Below are positions 46,515 through 61,807 of a DNA stretch of 64,000 nt, one piece after another. Below the pieces are notes generated by a model. That model was not told the DNA's origin, made no database searches, and was given only the letters and a program-made list of their open reading frames with translations. The stretch lies in assembly GCF_009914755.1 (NCBI RefSeq), contig NC_060935.1, one strand, 5' to 3'. Both the position numbers and the translations under genes were made by a program. The DNA is from the human T2T-CHM13v2.0 reference genome, Homo sapiens. The stretch's first letter is position 1. The number at the start of each line of letters is the position of its first letter.

Positions 46515-46795
46515 TAATGATAACAGTTAACATTTTTGATATTTTCAATGTTCCAGGCACTGTCCTAATCATTCTTCCTGGATTGCCTCAGTTAATTACC
46601 TCAGTTAATCTTCACAACAACCTTAGACGGTATGTGCTATTACCATGCCTATTTTATACATGAGAAAACCACAATTAAGAAAGCTCATTTAACTTCACTG
46701 ACGTCACAGAGTAGACAAATTGTAAGAATAGAATTTGAAGTCCTTCAGTTTCACATCTGATTGTATGATCTTAATACCATGAAATACTCTACTGC
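46515..46795 (-). mobile_element. MIR
   Basis: atgttccaggcactgtcctaa...ttaatcttcacaacaacc...ctattttatacatgagaaaac. Confidence 0.8.
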
Positions 46796-49700
46796 TATCT
46801 CAACTACAAAGAATAAAATGAAATGAACATTTAGCTTTGCTGATAATGGCAGAAAATTACTTAAGTATACTCAATTGTAATCCATTGTTGAAAATCAAGT
46901 TCTTCAAAATGACACATTTCAAGCATGTATTATATTACTGCCTTTCTTATCCATTTAGTTGCCTACATTAAAATAATCAATAATAATTCACTATGCTAAA
47001 TGTGTATAAATGATTTAAAAACCCGTGTTTTAAAAAATCTTACATTTTCTTTCTCTTACAAGAAAATCTTGATCATATCTTGCTGCACATATTTCAGTCA
47101 CTGCTGTGTAATTTAGTGGTATGTAAAATGATAAATTATAACTTTTCTTATTATTGTGAGGAATTAAGAGTAGGAAGATGCAATAAATTTTGACAGCTCT
47201 TAATCAAATAATTTATTTCTGTATTCATTTAATTGATTAAGAAAGCTCATTTTTAAAACATTTTCAACTTTTTAAACTTGGGATTCTTTACTTTTGGACA
47301 TTTCTTAAACTATTCATTTTCTGATGTGTATTATTAGAACAATAACTGTCATCCTTGTGTTTCCCAGATATCTAGTTTTTGTTATTTGAACATTGGATAT
47401 CAATATTGTATTTCTCAGCTGTAAAATGATATTCTAACTTTAAATATCTTCGCTCAGACTAATACTATCCTCCTTTCTCTCACCTATCTCCTAGAGAATA
47501 CTAGATGTTATCCACTGATAAACTTTTTTGCCAGCCCTTAGCTCCAGTTGTCATAGGGCAGATTCTCTGCCTCCCCTCAGTTCCATAGCAGATATTCATG
47601 AACTGAGTTTTTTTTTTAACTCCATCAGTATTTTGCCATTTTGCTGCAATATGAAAAAGATCACATGACATGACAATTTTATCGTGTCTTTTTATAGGTT
47701 GCCTTTGAAATTGTTATTTAATTCATTAGAAAGTAAATGTTTTAAAAAAAAGTACAAACAGGACAAAAGAGCACAAACATTCAAATCCCATTCTCTTTAG
47801 TATTTTTTCTTTAAGGAAATTAGCAACATTCTTGATTAGGCCAGATCATTCTAAACACAAAGAAGTGAATTTTAAAACATCGTATTTTCAAGAGGCTGCA
47901 AACAAAAAACAAAAACGAAGAAAGTGTAATTTTCTCTTTCTAAAATATTCCCATTCCAATCATTTTTGGATATGTAGTTTGAAAATGTTTTCTTCCAGTC
48001 TACAGCTTATCTTTTTATTTTCTTAACAAAGTCTTTCATAGAGTAAAATTTTAAAATTTGACAGAGGCCATTTTATGAAGTATAAGAGTTGTGTTGAGAC
48101 TTCTGTTTTGTTTTGCCTATGAATGATCAAAAGCTCTAGGACCATTTTTTAAGTGGCTCTCTTTCTTCTATTGAATTCCTTTTACATCTTTGTCAAAAAT
48201 CACTTGGGCATATTTGTTTGCAACTACTTCTTGGTTCCCTATTTTGTGATTTTTCCTATTTTATTGATCTGTCTTCAGACAATACCACGCAGTTTTAATT
48301 ATGGTAGCTATGTAATAAGCCTTGAAATTAAATAGATTCATGTATACGACTTTATATGTTATTTTCAAAATTATTTTATCTATTCTCAGGCATCAGCTTT
48401 TTGACATAAATTTTAGAATAAGCTCGACTATATATATATAAAAAAAAACCTTGGAATTTGGTGAAACATTATTAAACTTGTGTATCAACTGAGGGGTAAC
48501 TGACATCTTTACTATGTTGAGTCTTCTAATCCATGTACATGGTAGGTCTCTTATTTAGATATTATTTGACTTCTTTCATCAGTGTTCCAGAGTCTTCAGC
48601 TTTCAAGTCTTATACAGGTTATGTAAGATTTCTATCTATTTTGTTTTTTAAGTGATTGTAAATGGCATTATATTTTTATTGTCTATATTTACACATCCAT
48701 TGCTGTTATATGGTAATACAATTGAGTTTTACTTGTTTATCTTGTGTAACACAATAATAAGAAACCTTGTCATTTAAAAATAGGAGCAGCTTTATTTCCT
48801 TCTTTCCAATTTGTATGCCCTTTATTTGCTTTTCTTGCCTTATAAATTGGGTAGAATATCCACCACTGTTTTGAATAAGAGTAGTGAAAACTAGCAATAT
48901 AGTCATGTTTCTAATCTTAGGGAAAAAGCACTCAGTTTAATTACTAGGTACGATGTTAGCTGTAGGGTTTTTATAGGTGCTGTTTACCAAGTTGAAAAAA
49001 TCTCACTCTATTTTTTATGTTTCTGAGAATTTTATTTGTAAAGTGGTGTTAAATCTTGCCAATATTTTTCTGCGTTAAATTATATAATTCTGTGAATTTT
49101 CTTTATTAGTTTATTGATATGGTAACATTGTAGTAATTTTTACATATTGGCATTCATTAGTTTTTAAATATTAAAACTTCTTTGAATATCTGAAATAAAC
49201 CCCACCTGGTCATTATGTATATTTCTTTTTATATATCACTAACTTCTTAGCAGTTAAAATTTGTTCGGGGGTTTTATATCAGTACATGTGGAATATTGAT
49301 CTGTAGTTTCCTTTCTTTGTAGTGTCTTCATCTGGTTTCATTATAAGGGTAATACTAGCTTTATGAAATAAACTAGGCATTGCTCTGTTCTTTTCTATTT
49401 TCTGGAAAAGATTGCTGATTTTTTTGCCAATTCTTTTTTAAATATTTAGTAGAATTCTCCAGTAAATTCATCTGTGTTTAAAAATTTCTTTTGGGGAGAG
49501 TTTTTAATTGCAAGAAAATTCCTTGGTAATCAGAGAGGTACCCATTACCTATTTCATATTGAGTGAGTTGTAGTTCTTTGTGTTTTCCAATGAATGATTC
49601 ATTACATCTAAGTTGTTAAATATAGGTGTGTAGAAATGTTGGCTGTATTCACTTAACTATCATTTTGGTGCCTTTAGACTCTCTGATAGTATTCTCTCTC

Positions 49701-51428
49701 ATTTTTGTTGGTAATTTCTGTAATCTCTATTTTTTTCTGAGTCTTGTTAGAAGTTTGTCAATTTTATTAATCTTTTTAACACCTCTCCGTTTTATTTTCT
49801 CTTCTTAATTTGTTCAATTTCTGCTCTTACCTTTATTATTCCTTTTTTATTTTTGCTTTGGGTTTAGCTTGCTCTACTTTTTCCAGTTTCTTGAGGCGTG
49901 ATCACAGAGTATTGATTAGACATTTCTTCTTTTATGACGTACACATCAGTACTCAAAATTTTTCTCTGAGCAAAACTTTGCTGTGTCCAAAAACTTTGAT
50001 AAGTTGCATTTGTATTTCCTTCAGTTCAGTGTATTTGCTGATTTCCCTTGAGAATATCTTTTTGACCAATGAACTATTTAAAAATATATTGTTTAATTTT
50101 GAAATATTTGTTATCTTTCTGTAACTGATATTCAGTTTCAGTCCCTTGTGGAAAGAGAAAGCAATGTGCACGTTATTAATTTTCCAAAAAATTGCTAATT
50201 TTCTTACGGCTCAATAAATAGTATATCTTGATGTATATTTTGTGTGTAGTAGAGAAGAATGTGCATTCTGCTATGGTGGAGTGTAGTATTCTACAGATGT
50301 CAATTAGATTCTGTTTGTTGATGATATTTTAAATCCTTTACATTTTGCTATTTTTTTTTCTAATTGTTGTATTTATTGTTGAGAGAAGGGTAAAGAAGTC
50401 TCCAACTATAAGCATGTATTTGCCTATTTTTTCTTTTATTTTTATCCATTTTTGCTTTATGTTATTTTTCAACTCTGCTGTTTGTTGCTTACACATTTAG
50501 GATTTTTATATCTTTCTGGTGAATTAAAACTATCATACGTAATGTATCCCTTTATCTCTGGTACACATCTTTTCTCTGACCTCTAGTTTATTGGATATTA
50601 GTATAGCTGCTGTTGTCTTATTTTGATTGTTTGCACAACGTATATTTTTTCATCCTTTTGCTTTCAACCTGTATATATCATTATATTTGAAGTTAGTTTT
50701 TTGTAGACACAAATAGGCAGTTTGTGTTTTATTCAACTCTGCCTATCTCTCTTCGTTTATTGGTGTATTTAGGCCATTTATAAATTAGGTATTTATTGAA
50801 TAAAGCTTAAGCTTTCATTATATTTAATTCTTTGTATTATGTTTATTTTGTTTTCATTTATCTATTTTCTCCTGTCTCCCTGTGAGTTATTTGAAAATTT
50901 TTTCTAGAATTTAGTTTTTTAGCAACTTTTGTATAGCTTTTTTATTGGCTTCTCAGTTATTATATATACATAATTTAACATAATATAATGATGTAAGAGT
51001 TGAATCATTATATATATATAATGATATATATATATAATGATATATATATATATATATACATATAAAGGAGGTATATATTACCTTTTATATTTCTTACCAT
51101 GTTCCATTTATCATATAATTTTCGTAAATATTTTCTTTATCTACCTTAAAATCCACATCAGACCATATTAGCATTTTTGCTCCAACTGTCAAATATTGTT
51201 TAGAAATCTCAATTGGGGAACACCTGTTTTATTTATTGACCCACTATGTTCTTTGGTCATTCCTAATATTCGTTCTCCATTCCTGATATTCCAAAGTTTC
51301 TTCTTCCATTGTTTCTTTTTGTTTACAGAACTGTGCTTAATCAGTCTTTAAGATAGGCCTGCTTTAGAAAATTTTATTTATTTATTTTTTTTAAATTTTG
51401 AACCTCTTAATTTTTCTTTCATACTTAA

Positions 51429-51821
<393 letters not shown>

Positions 51822-52252
51822 AATTTATTTTATTTTATTATTTTTTTTTATGTGTAACCTGCTATCACTAGAATTGCTTTTGTCTTAAAGTTTCATGTCT
51901 CTGTCACTGCTTTCAATATTGTTTTACTGTGGTTTTCAGAAGTTTGACTATGATGTGTTGTGATGTGGATTTTTGGGGGTTTATCTTGTTTGCAATTCTG
52001 TCAGTTTTTTGAACCTGCAGATCTATAATTTTTTCCAAATTTGTGAAGGTTTCAGTGGTAATTTCCTTCGGCATTTGTTCAGCTTTGTCTTCTTTCTTCC
52101 CTCTTCCTGGGACTCTGATGACATGAATTTTAGATTATTTACTATGTTCCCACAGTTATTTGAGTCTGCTTATTTATTTTTTGTGATGTTCTCTCTGTTA
52201 TTCACTTCCAGTTTATTGATTCTTTCCCCTTTCATCTCCATTATGGGGTTAA

Positions 52253-52659
<407 letters not shown>

Positions 52660-53716
52660 TTTCTACCTATTTTTAAATTACAATCTTTTATTTATTTGCT
52701 GGAGTTTTTTTTTTTTTTTCCTGAGACTATTTTTTCATTTGTTCCACACATTCACAATTGTTAGTTGAATCATTTTTATGATGGCTTCTCTAAACTCTTT
52801 GCTGACTAACTCATCTCTGTCATCTCAGTATTGTCATGGATTGTCTTTTTTCATTCATTGGTAATTTTCCAGGTTCTTGATTTGACAAGTGAATTTCAGT
52901 TGAAACCTGGACATTTTAGATATTATGTAATGAGACTCTGAATCTTATTTAAACCTATTTTAGCCAGTTCCCCTCTAGCAAAGGAAGGGGAGGGCACTGT
53001 ATCTTTACTACCAGGCAGAGGTAGAAGATCAGCTTCTCCTTTTGGCCTTGGTTGATACCTGAGGTAAGGACTCCTTGTTACTGCTGGGTGAGATTAGAAA
53101 TTCTGGCCCGTCATGTAGGAATGCCCACTCCTTATGCAATACAAGTTACTGCTATGTGACCTCTACTAATATCATAGGGAGCAAGGGATGATCTTGTTAA
53201 CCCTGGGCAGTAATGAAAGTCCTGACCCTCCATTAGGCATGAACAGTTGGGATTGGGGGGAATGCCTTGTTATTGCCAGGTGAATGTGAAAGTCCAGGCT
53301 CCCCATACAGTTTCCACTGTTGTCATGGTATGTCCAGCCACAGATTTTCCATGGTGTTTTACTACAGTAGGGTGTTTAATGATGAAAAATATTCCGTCTT
53401 GCTATTCTGACCCTAACTGTTCCATTGACTGGAGAGGGCAGGATGATATCAAGCTTTTTTTTGTCTGAAGTCGTTGATATTTCTGTGTTGCTGGTTTTTG
53501 TGATATATGAGACAAAAAATAAAATTTAAGTAGTTTACAATAGTGTCTTCATGTTTGTTTCTATACACTGTTCCGGATTTTTAGTTTTAATTATAGAGGA
53601 GATAGGGAAGAGTATATTACCTCGATTTTCCCAATACCAGAAGTTTCTTACTTGTTGATTTTTAAAAGCATCTGTATAATTTACTTGTTTTTCTTATTAT
53701 TTATTTTCTGTCTGTT

Positions 53717-54107
53717 TGCTATGGTTTATATGTTTCTAGGTAAAAATTAATAGGTTAAAATTTAATTCTCAATGCAACAGCATTGGGAGGTGGGGCCTAA
53801 TGAAGGTGTTTAAGTCCTGAGAGCTCTCATGAATGAATTAATGCCAATATAAATATAAAAAGGGCTTGTGGGAGGGGACCCACTCTCTTCTCCTCTTCTG
53901 CCAAGGGAGCAACAGGCTCTCCTCCAAAGGAAGCAACAATCAGGCACCATCTTAGTAGTGAAAATTGGGCCCTTACCAGCCACCAAACCTGTTGGTGCCT
54001 TAATCTTGGACTTCCCAGCCTCTACAACTGTAAGAAATAAATATCTATTCTTTATAGATGATGCAATTTTGTGTTTTTCTGTTACAGCAGCGCAAATGAC
54101 AAAGACA
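53717..54107 (+). mobile_element. MST (C/D-like) MaLR LTR
   Basis: tgctatggttta...gggaggtggggcctaatg...cttggacttcccagcctcta...aagaca. Confidence 0.82.
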
Positions 54108-54201
54108 CTACTGCAATTAGAAGATAAGATCCTCTAAGGCAGTGACCACTGTCTGTTCACTAAAGCAGAAGAGGTTTTCTTCTCCTCATTATTTTGAGGA
54201 T

Positions 54202-54800
54202 TGTATTAATTTATTATTGCTGTTATAATAAATTACAAAAGAAAATAGTAACTTAAAACAACACATTCTTATTTTGTCACAGTTGTATTAATACATCTCA
54301 GAAATCCGAGAGTCTTAAGTGTTTATTTTGCTCTGTTTCTCACAAGGACAGAATCTAGATGTCTGCTGGCCTGGGCACCTAACTGGAGGCTCTAAGAAAG
54401 AATTTACATCCGGACTCATTCAGATTGTTAGCAACATTCATCCTCTTGCATTGTAGGACTTAGGTTCCTATTCCCTGACTGTCTGGCTGCCTGGAGCCTT
54501 CCCCAGCTCTGTAAGCCGCTTCCATTCTTTATCATGTTGTCCGTAAGCAGGAGATGTTTGTTGAATTATTCTCATGTTTCTAATCTCTCTGACTTGTGCT
54601 TTGTGCTGCATCATTTCTACCTAGTAGGTGAAAGTTTTAAAGGCTCATTAGCCTTACCAGGCTAATCCAAGACAATTTCTCTAATTTGAGGTTCGTAACT
54701 TTAATTACATCAAGAAAGTCCCTTTGCCATGTATTGTAACACATTCACAAGCTCCAGGAATTAAAGTATGGACATTTTTGGGGAGCCATTCTGCTTAATG
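54202..54800 (-). mobile_element. MLT1 (D/E-like) LTR
   Basis: tgtatta...ttgctgttataataaattac...aacttaaaacaacaca...gggagccattctgc. Confidence 0.8.
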
Positions 54801-55265
54801 TGGGATTGTTACAAATTTTCCTATAAAAATCCTTGACATTTAAAGTGCCATTTGGTATGGGAGTATAATGGACCGAACAGTAGTTTGAAAAGAGGCTGGG
54901 TGATTGGCTGATGTTCAGGCATTGAAAAATCACTATGATATTATGTGACATCAACCTTTGCCCATTAGTGATGTGGAGTAAAAAGCTGAAAACCAGAATT
55001 ATTTTCCCTAGCATCTAATTAGATGCAGAATTAGAAACTTGAGGCCAGCGTAGCTTTTCTTCACTAACTGCAAACTGTTTGTGAATGTGCAGCCTGATCA
55101 CAAATAAGCACGAAGATAAATCTAAAGGCCCTCTTCTTATTCAAAATTTAGGTTTTTTTACTCTGTGTGTGTGAGGGGGTGGGTGTGCGAACACACACAT
55201 GTGTATTACGGTTTCTATTGCATAGTATATTCCTTTTCCTTTCTATAAATTTTCCTTTGTCATAC

Positions 55266-55619
55266 TGTATGAGTCTGTATTCATGCTACTGATGAAGACA
55301 TACCCGAGACTGGGAAGAAAAAGAGATTTAATTGGACTTACAGTTCCACATGGCTGGGGAGGCCTCAGAATCATGGAGGAGGGCAAAAGGCACTTCTTAC
55401 ATGGCAGTGGCAAGGGAGAATGTGGAAGAAGCAAAAGTAGAAACCTATGATAAATCCATCAGATCTCATGAGACTTATTCACTATCATAAGAATAGCATG
55501 GGAAAGACTGGCCCCCATGTTTCAATTACCTCCCCCTGGGCCCCTCCCAGAATATGTGGGAATTCTGGGAGATACAATTCAAGTTGAGATTTGGGTGGGA
55601 ACACAGCCAAACCATATCA
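55266..55619 (-). mobile_element. THE1C-like solo LTR
   Basis: gacatacccgagactggg...cacagccaaaccatatca; perfect TSD CATAC. Confidence 0.92.
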
Positions 55620-56559
55620 CATACGTAAGGCTTCACTGTGTTTATTATTACTGTTGAGAGAGGAAATCAAAGTAGCAGTCTTACCTGGAGCTTTCTTTGG
55701 CTAACACTAGAGTATATCAAAGACCCACCATATAATAGATATCTATTTTTTATACTGTTTCTTATGGCTTTAGCTCATGAAATCTCTTTTGATCTCCATC
55801 TCTGCTGAGCAATAGGCATTTTATAAATTGTATCTTCTTTTTTCTTTCATCCTTCTCCCAATACTGCTAGAGTTGATTAAATATACTTTCAGTGAATGAG
55901 GATAAAAGAACATTAAATTTATAGGTGAGTGTTCTTGATTTTCACTCTTTCAACCAAACCATAAATTTTTATTTTGTGCTGTATTGATCGTCACTATTAT
56001 TTGACTTAAATTAGACAAGTAACTTTTCTCACGTGTTTCACTCTGCTTATGGCAGTTAGTCACATACTTAAAACAGCTAAGCCTCACACAGGAATTGCAA
56101 ACCTCTTCTGTTTTTAATGGAGTTTTTAAATTCTAATTTTCTTTCATTTATTTACTACATAATAATTTAATAAGTGTATACTATGTTTCAGAAAGGGTTC
56201 CAAGGTTTGAGGATATAGTATATATATAGCCCTACATTTCTATTTTCATGGAGCTTACAATGTTTTAACAGGGCGGAGAGCACTGTCCCAGAACCCTGAC
56301 AGCCATGCCCTGCACAACTCCAGGGAATGCTCTTCATATAAACTACAGCATAGATGGTGCCCTCTGGAGGTAGATAATGTGGCAAATTTAGTAACTTCAG
56401 ACCAACAATAAAATAACTAAATGATATCCAGTTGATTAATTCATTCTATAAATATTATTGTTTACTGTATACTGATATTCATTCTAGTTACTTGGAATAG
56501 CTCAATGAATAAAATAGGAATTTTTCAGTTTCATCAATTTTATAATTCATTAAGGTCTT

Positions 56560-59115
56560 TTTCTTTCTGACTGAACTATACCCTTTAGCATTTTTTATAG
56601 GGCAGTTCTGGTATTGATGAAACCTCTTAGCTTCTTTTTGTCTGGGAAAGCCTCTAGTTCTCCTTCAAGTTTGAAGAATATTTTTGCTGGATATATTATT
56701 ATAGGATAAAAGTTATTTTATTTCAGTACTTTAAGTATGTCATGGCACTCTCTTCTGGCCTGTAAGGTTTCCACTGAAGTTTGTTACCAGACATATTGGA
56801 GCTCCATTGAATGTTATTTGTTTCTTTTCTCTTGCTGGTTTTAGGATCCTTTCTTTATCCTTGACCTTTGGGAATTTGATTGTTAAATGCCTTGAGGTAG
56901 TGTCCTCTGGGTTAAATGTTTGGTATTTTATGGCCTTATACTTGGATATTGATATCTTTCTCTAGGTTTGGAAAATTCTCTGTCATTATCCCTTTGAGTA
57001 AACTTTCTACCCCTATCACATTCTCTACCTCCTCTTTAAGGCCAATAACTCTTATATTTGCCTTTTTGAGGCTATTTTCTAGATGCCATAAGCATGTTTC
57101 ATTGCTTTTTACTCTTCTTACTTTTGTCTCCTCTGACTGTGCATTTTCAAAGAGCCTGCCTTCAAGTCCACTAATTCTTTCTTCTACTTGATTAATTCCA
57201 TTATTGAAAGACTCTGATGCATTCTTCAGTATGCTTGTTGCATTTTTAGGTCCAGAATTTCTGCTTGATTCTTTTTAATTGTTTCATTCTCTTTGTTAAA
57301 TTTATCTGATAGAATTCTGAATTTCCTCTCTGTATTATCTTGAATTTCTTTGAGTTTCCCCAAGACAGCTATTTTGAATTCTCTGTCTGAAAGGTCACAT
57401 ATTTCTGTTCCTTCAGGCTTTGTCCCTGGTGACTCATTTAGTTCATTTAATGAGATCATGTTTTCCTGGATTGTCTTGATAGTTGCAGATGTTCATCCGT
57501 GTCTTGGCATTAAAGAGTTAGGTATTTATAGTGGTCTTTGCAGTCTAGGCTTGTTAGTGTTCATCTTTCTTGGGGAGGCTTTCCAGATATTCTACATATT
57601 AAAAATTTGGGTCTTGTGATCTAAGCTGTAACTGCTTTAGGGGCACCGCAATCCAAGCAACTCTGTGGTTCTTGCAGTTTCATAGAGGTACCACCTTGAC
57701 AGTCTTGGACAAGATCCAGGAGAATTCTCTGGATTACCAGGCAGAGACTTTTGTTCTCTTCCCTTACTTTCTCCCAAAGAAATTGAGTCTTTCTCTTTTC
57801 TCTAAGCCACCTGAACCTGGTGGTGGGGAGACATAAGCACCCTGGCAGCCACCACCAGTATTACTTCACTACATCAGACCTGAAGCCAGCACAGCACTGA
57901 GTCTCACACAAGGCTTGCTCTAACTACTCCCTGGCTACTGTTTATGTTTGCTCAAGGCCTTGGGATTCTACAGTTAGCAGATGGCAAAGCCAGGTAGGCC
58001 TATGTCCTTCCTTTCAGTGTAGTGACTTCTTCCAGGCCCAGGCAGGTCCAGAGGTGCTTTCCAGGCACCAGAGACTAGATTTAGAACCTTAGAAGTCTAC
58101 CATGGTGTCCTAGTATATTGTAGTTGAGCTGGCACTCAAAGCACTAGACAAAGTTCTTTTCATTCTTCCCTTTCTTCACCAAAGGCAGGGGAACCTCACT
58201 CTGTGGCCACTGCCACCACAGGCCCATGAGAAGTACTGTTAAACTACTGCCAATGTTCCCTTGAAGCACAAGGGCTCTTCAGTCAGTTTGTGGTGAATGC
58301 TGCCTGGCCTGGGACTCACCCTTTAGGGCACTGGGCTCCCTTCTGGCCCAGGGAAGGTCTAGAAATGCTGTCTAAGAGCCATGTCCTAGATTCTGAAAAC
58401 CCAAGAGCCTGCTTTGTGCTCTACCTCCTTCTGACTGAGCCGGGACTTGAAGCCAGCAAGTCTCAAACTCTTACCAAAAGCTGATAACATAGTACCTGGG
58501 TATTGCTTCTGGTTATTCATAGCCTGAGGGCTCTTCAGTTAGCAAGTGAGGAATGCTGCTAGGACTGGGTTCTTTCCTTCAAAGTGGCAGCTTCCTTCTG
58601 GCCCAAAGTGTGTCTGGTATTGTTATTCAGGAGCTAGGGCCTGGAAATGGGGACTCAGAACTCTGAATGGAGCCCTATCTGGTTGTGGCTGAGCTGGTAT
58701 CAAAGGCACGAGATAAAGTCCTCCTCACCCTTCTGTCTCTGCTGCTTAGGTCAAAGGAAGTGGTCTCTTTTGGAGCTGCAAATTGTGCTGCCTGGGGCTG
58801 GGGGAGGGATGATGCAAGCACTCCCTTAGCTGCCCCAGCTGGTGTCTCAGTGGGTCACATACTCCCTATTTCACTGTCTCTGGGTCCAGTTCCACACTAG
58901 AACTCATCTAGAAGTTGCAGTCCTTGTGGCCTAGACTGCCTTTTGAGTTTATTTAGAGCCCTGGAACACTTTAGCCCATCATCATGGCAAGGCTTGCAGG
59001 AGCTATGAAGGTGTGCTTTTTTTTGGTAGATAGTTTTTAAATTGGTGTCCTTGTTTGTGGGGACGGGTGGAGATGATCAGTGGAGGTTTCTCTTCCACTA
59101 TCTTGCTCTACCTCC
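56560..59115 (-). mobile_element. L1M (L1MA-era) 5' portion: 5'UTR and ORF1
   Basis: ORF1p remnant EICDLSDREFKIAVLGKLKEIQDNTE; L1 start ggaggtagagcaagat on minus strand at ~59115. Confidence 0.88.
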
Positions 59116-61734
59116 TAAATGTCATTTTAAAAACAGGTATTTGGTGAGTATCTTCAATTGCCATGCATATTTCTAGAAACCCTGGAACATGTCAAGAGAA
59201 ATAAAGCATAGCTCTTTAACTTACAGAACTATGGTTGTATAGGAAATAAAACTGTTGAATATGCAACAAATAAGCTTATGAGGAATGCAGTAAAATATAT
59301 CATTATATAATATTAGATAACTTCAAATAAAAATATTAGTTGAGACTAAAACTTTGGGTAAAATTCGATAAATGGGATTGCCTTGGGGTATAGCTAAAAG
59401 TATCAGGAAAATTTTAGTGAGTGTATATGGAGTTCTGCTATCTTGAATCACTAAGCACATGGAAAAGAAAAATAACATAAATATTAACATAAATTAAAAG
59501 CCAAAAGTTAACAATTATCTCAAATACACAATTTGTATTTTTTGTTTTCCATTATCCCACCCAAACTTTATTAGTTTTTTATCCCCATTTTCTAGCATGA
59601 ACAATGCCACTGCTATCTACCCGCTACTACCAATTCATAGAAATATGTGTGGCAATTGAAGGCATTTATCAAATATTTGTTTTAAAAATAACATCTGGAG
59701 ACTTTTGAAATTATGAGAATCTTACTAATAAGCATCCTCTTGAAAAAGAATTTCATTATACCTATATATTACTTTTTTATTTTTAATAGTAAACTTTAGC
59801 TTTAAACTATATCCGAAACCACTATATTTGTTACTGTAAAATATGCTGGCCTAGCATCCATGTTTTTCCCTGAATAGCCTGTTGTCTATTCTTTTTTAAA
59901 GCACCTTCCTTATCCTCTCACTTAAATGATGACATTACCATCTACCCAGTTGTCCTCACTAGAAATATAAGCCTCGTACTCAATTCCTCATTTTCTAGCA
60001 CCATTACTCATAACTCTTGTGAGTGTCTCCATCATGATTTCATACACTGGCCTTTCATTCAGTAAATTTTGGGTACAATATATGGCTAGTACCTTATCTG
60101 GGAGCCTAGAATTCCAAAGGAAATAACACAACAGACAAGGCTTTCATCCTCTAATCTTAGGAACACTGCCTCAATTTTGGCCCTCATCATCTTTCCTACT
60201 AATGTGTTTATTTGATGTCCTTTTCTCTGCTCTCTCTATCATAAAAATCTCTCCTACTAATATCAAAGTAATGGTGATCTATACAAAATATATATGTAAA
60301 AAATCCTATATATACATATGATTTTATTAAAGATTTATTTTTTGGTTCCACATGAAAGAAACTCAATTTATACTAAAAATATCAAGTGTATTCTGGATTT
60401 TGGAGTGATGAATTCAGTCGCTACTAAGTCTTTCTCCAGCTTTTGGTTATGTTCACTGATCCATATACTAAATTCTCAGTGGAAAGCCCTAAGTTATTTT
60501 TATTTGCCTCTCAACCAATCACCATTGTCACCTGAGTGTAATATTTGGGCTTACAGGTATAGTTCACTTGCCTACTCTTGGATCAAAAATCCACAGATAT
60601 CTCCTCCTGAACCATATCTCTAAAGGATAAGTGTAGTGCAATTATTATGCGAAAAAAGCAGAGTAGGGGACAGATGTTGGGTAAACAAAATCAAAATATG
60701 TCTACTAAATCTTCTTAACAATTAGTGTGGGGCTAAGTTCTAAGCAGGGTCAGCATTGCTCAAATCCTTAGGTTTATATGCAAGCCTTTTTATAAGATTG
60801 TTCCAGTACACTTATAAGCTTTTTGCTTGTCACCTCCCTGTTGAGCAACCTTTTATTCTAACAGTACCGAGTTGCCATTGTTCTCTAAATTTCCTATCAA
60901 CTCTCCCTCCTCCACGTCTCTGCAATGGTTATTTGCTCTGATTGGAATGCCCTCTTTACCCTTCCCTCCTAGAGCACTTTCACTATCCAGGAAAAAAATT
61001 TACCCTCATTCAAGACTTCTTCCTTTTCAAAGATACTTCTTTGTCTCTTCCAAGAAGAGTTAATGTTTCCCTTCTTTCTGTTCTTAGAGTCATCTTTTTC
61101 TGTATTCTGGACCTAATTGTTTCTGGAAAAATTCTGTTTATATACCTTCCTGCCTCTTTAACTACCAGTTGCCAGCTATCCATTTAAATTAAAATAGTCT
61201 GCCTTATTCATCCCTATTTTTGGTGGCTAGCATAATGTCTGAGCATATTAAATTTCCAATAAATTTGTATCCGATTTTAGAAGCATTAGGGTATAAGAAG
61301 AGATGTAAACTTAACCTTCATTTTAAAAAGCGAAAATAATGGGACTCACCTTCAGATATTTTCTAAACAGTGATTGGTTGAGTATTTTGTAAAAATAAAT
61401 AATAAAGCCCAGAATATGGCCCTTTACTAATTCTTGCTAACAATAAATTTTATTTATGGTTCCCTAGGTATGTATCTACTATTTCCTAATGATTAAATAC
61501 AACATATTTTACTATTGTTTGACAGGATTGTCAAGGGGGATGATAAGGACCTTTATTTAAATAGCTTTACAATAAATAGAAACAGATTCCCCTGAAGGCC
61601 TTTAAGACTGGCATGGCAATATAAATTGTTATTTGGCCAGGTAGGCAGTTATGATCCATCTACTCACTGACCCCCCAAAAAAGCTATTAAAAAGGAACAA
61701 AGGCAAACAAACATCATAAGTTTCCTGCATGAAC

Positions 61735-61807
61735 CTACTATTTATGTAGTAGAAGAAAGTCTGCTGCATAAACTACTATTTATGTAGTAGAAGAAAGTCT
61801 GCTGCAT
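61735..61807. repeat. Perfect 35-bp direct duplication (period 38)
   Basis: ctactatttatgtagtagaagaaagtctgctgcat at 61735 and 61773. Confidence 0.95.

Noticed and set aside
56916-57619. ORFs in the ORF1 region as an active L1
   Set aside because: Short and interrupted; the element lacks ORF2 and a 3' end.
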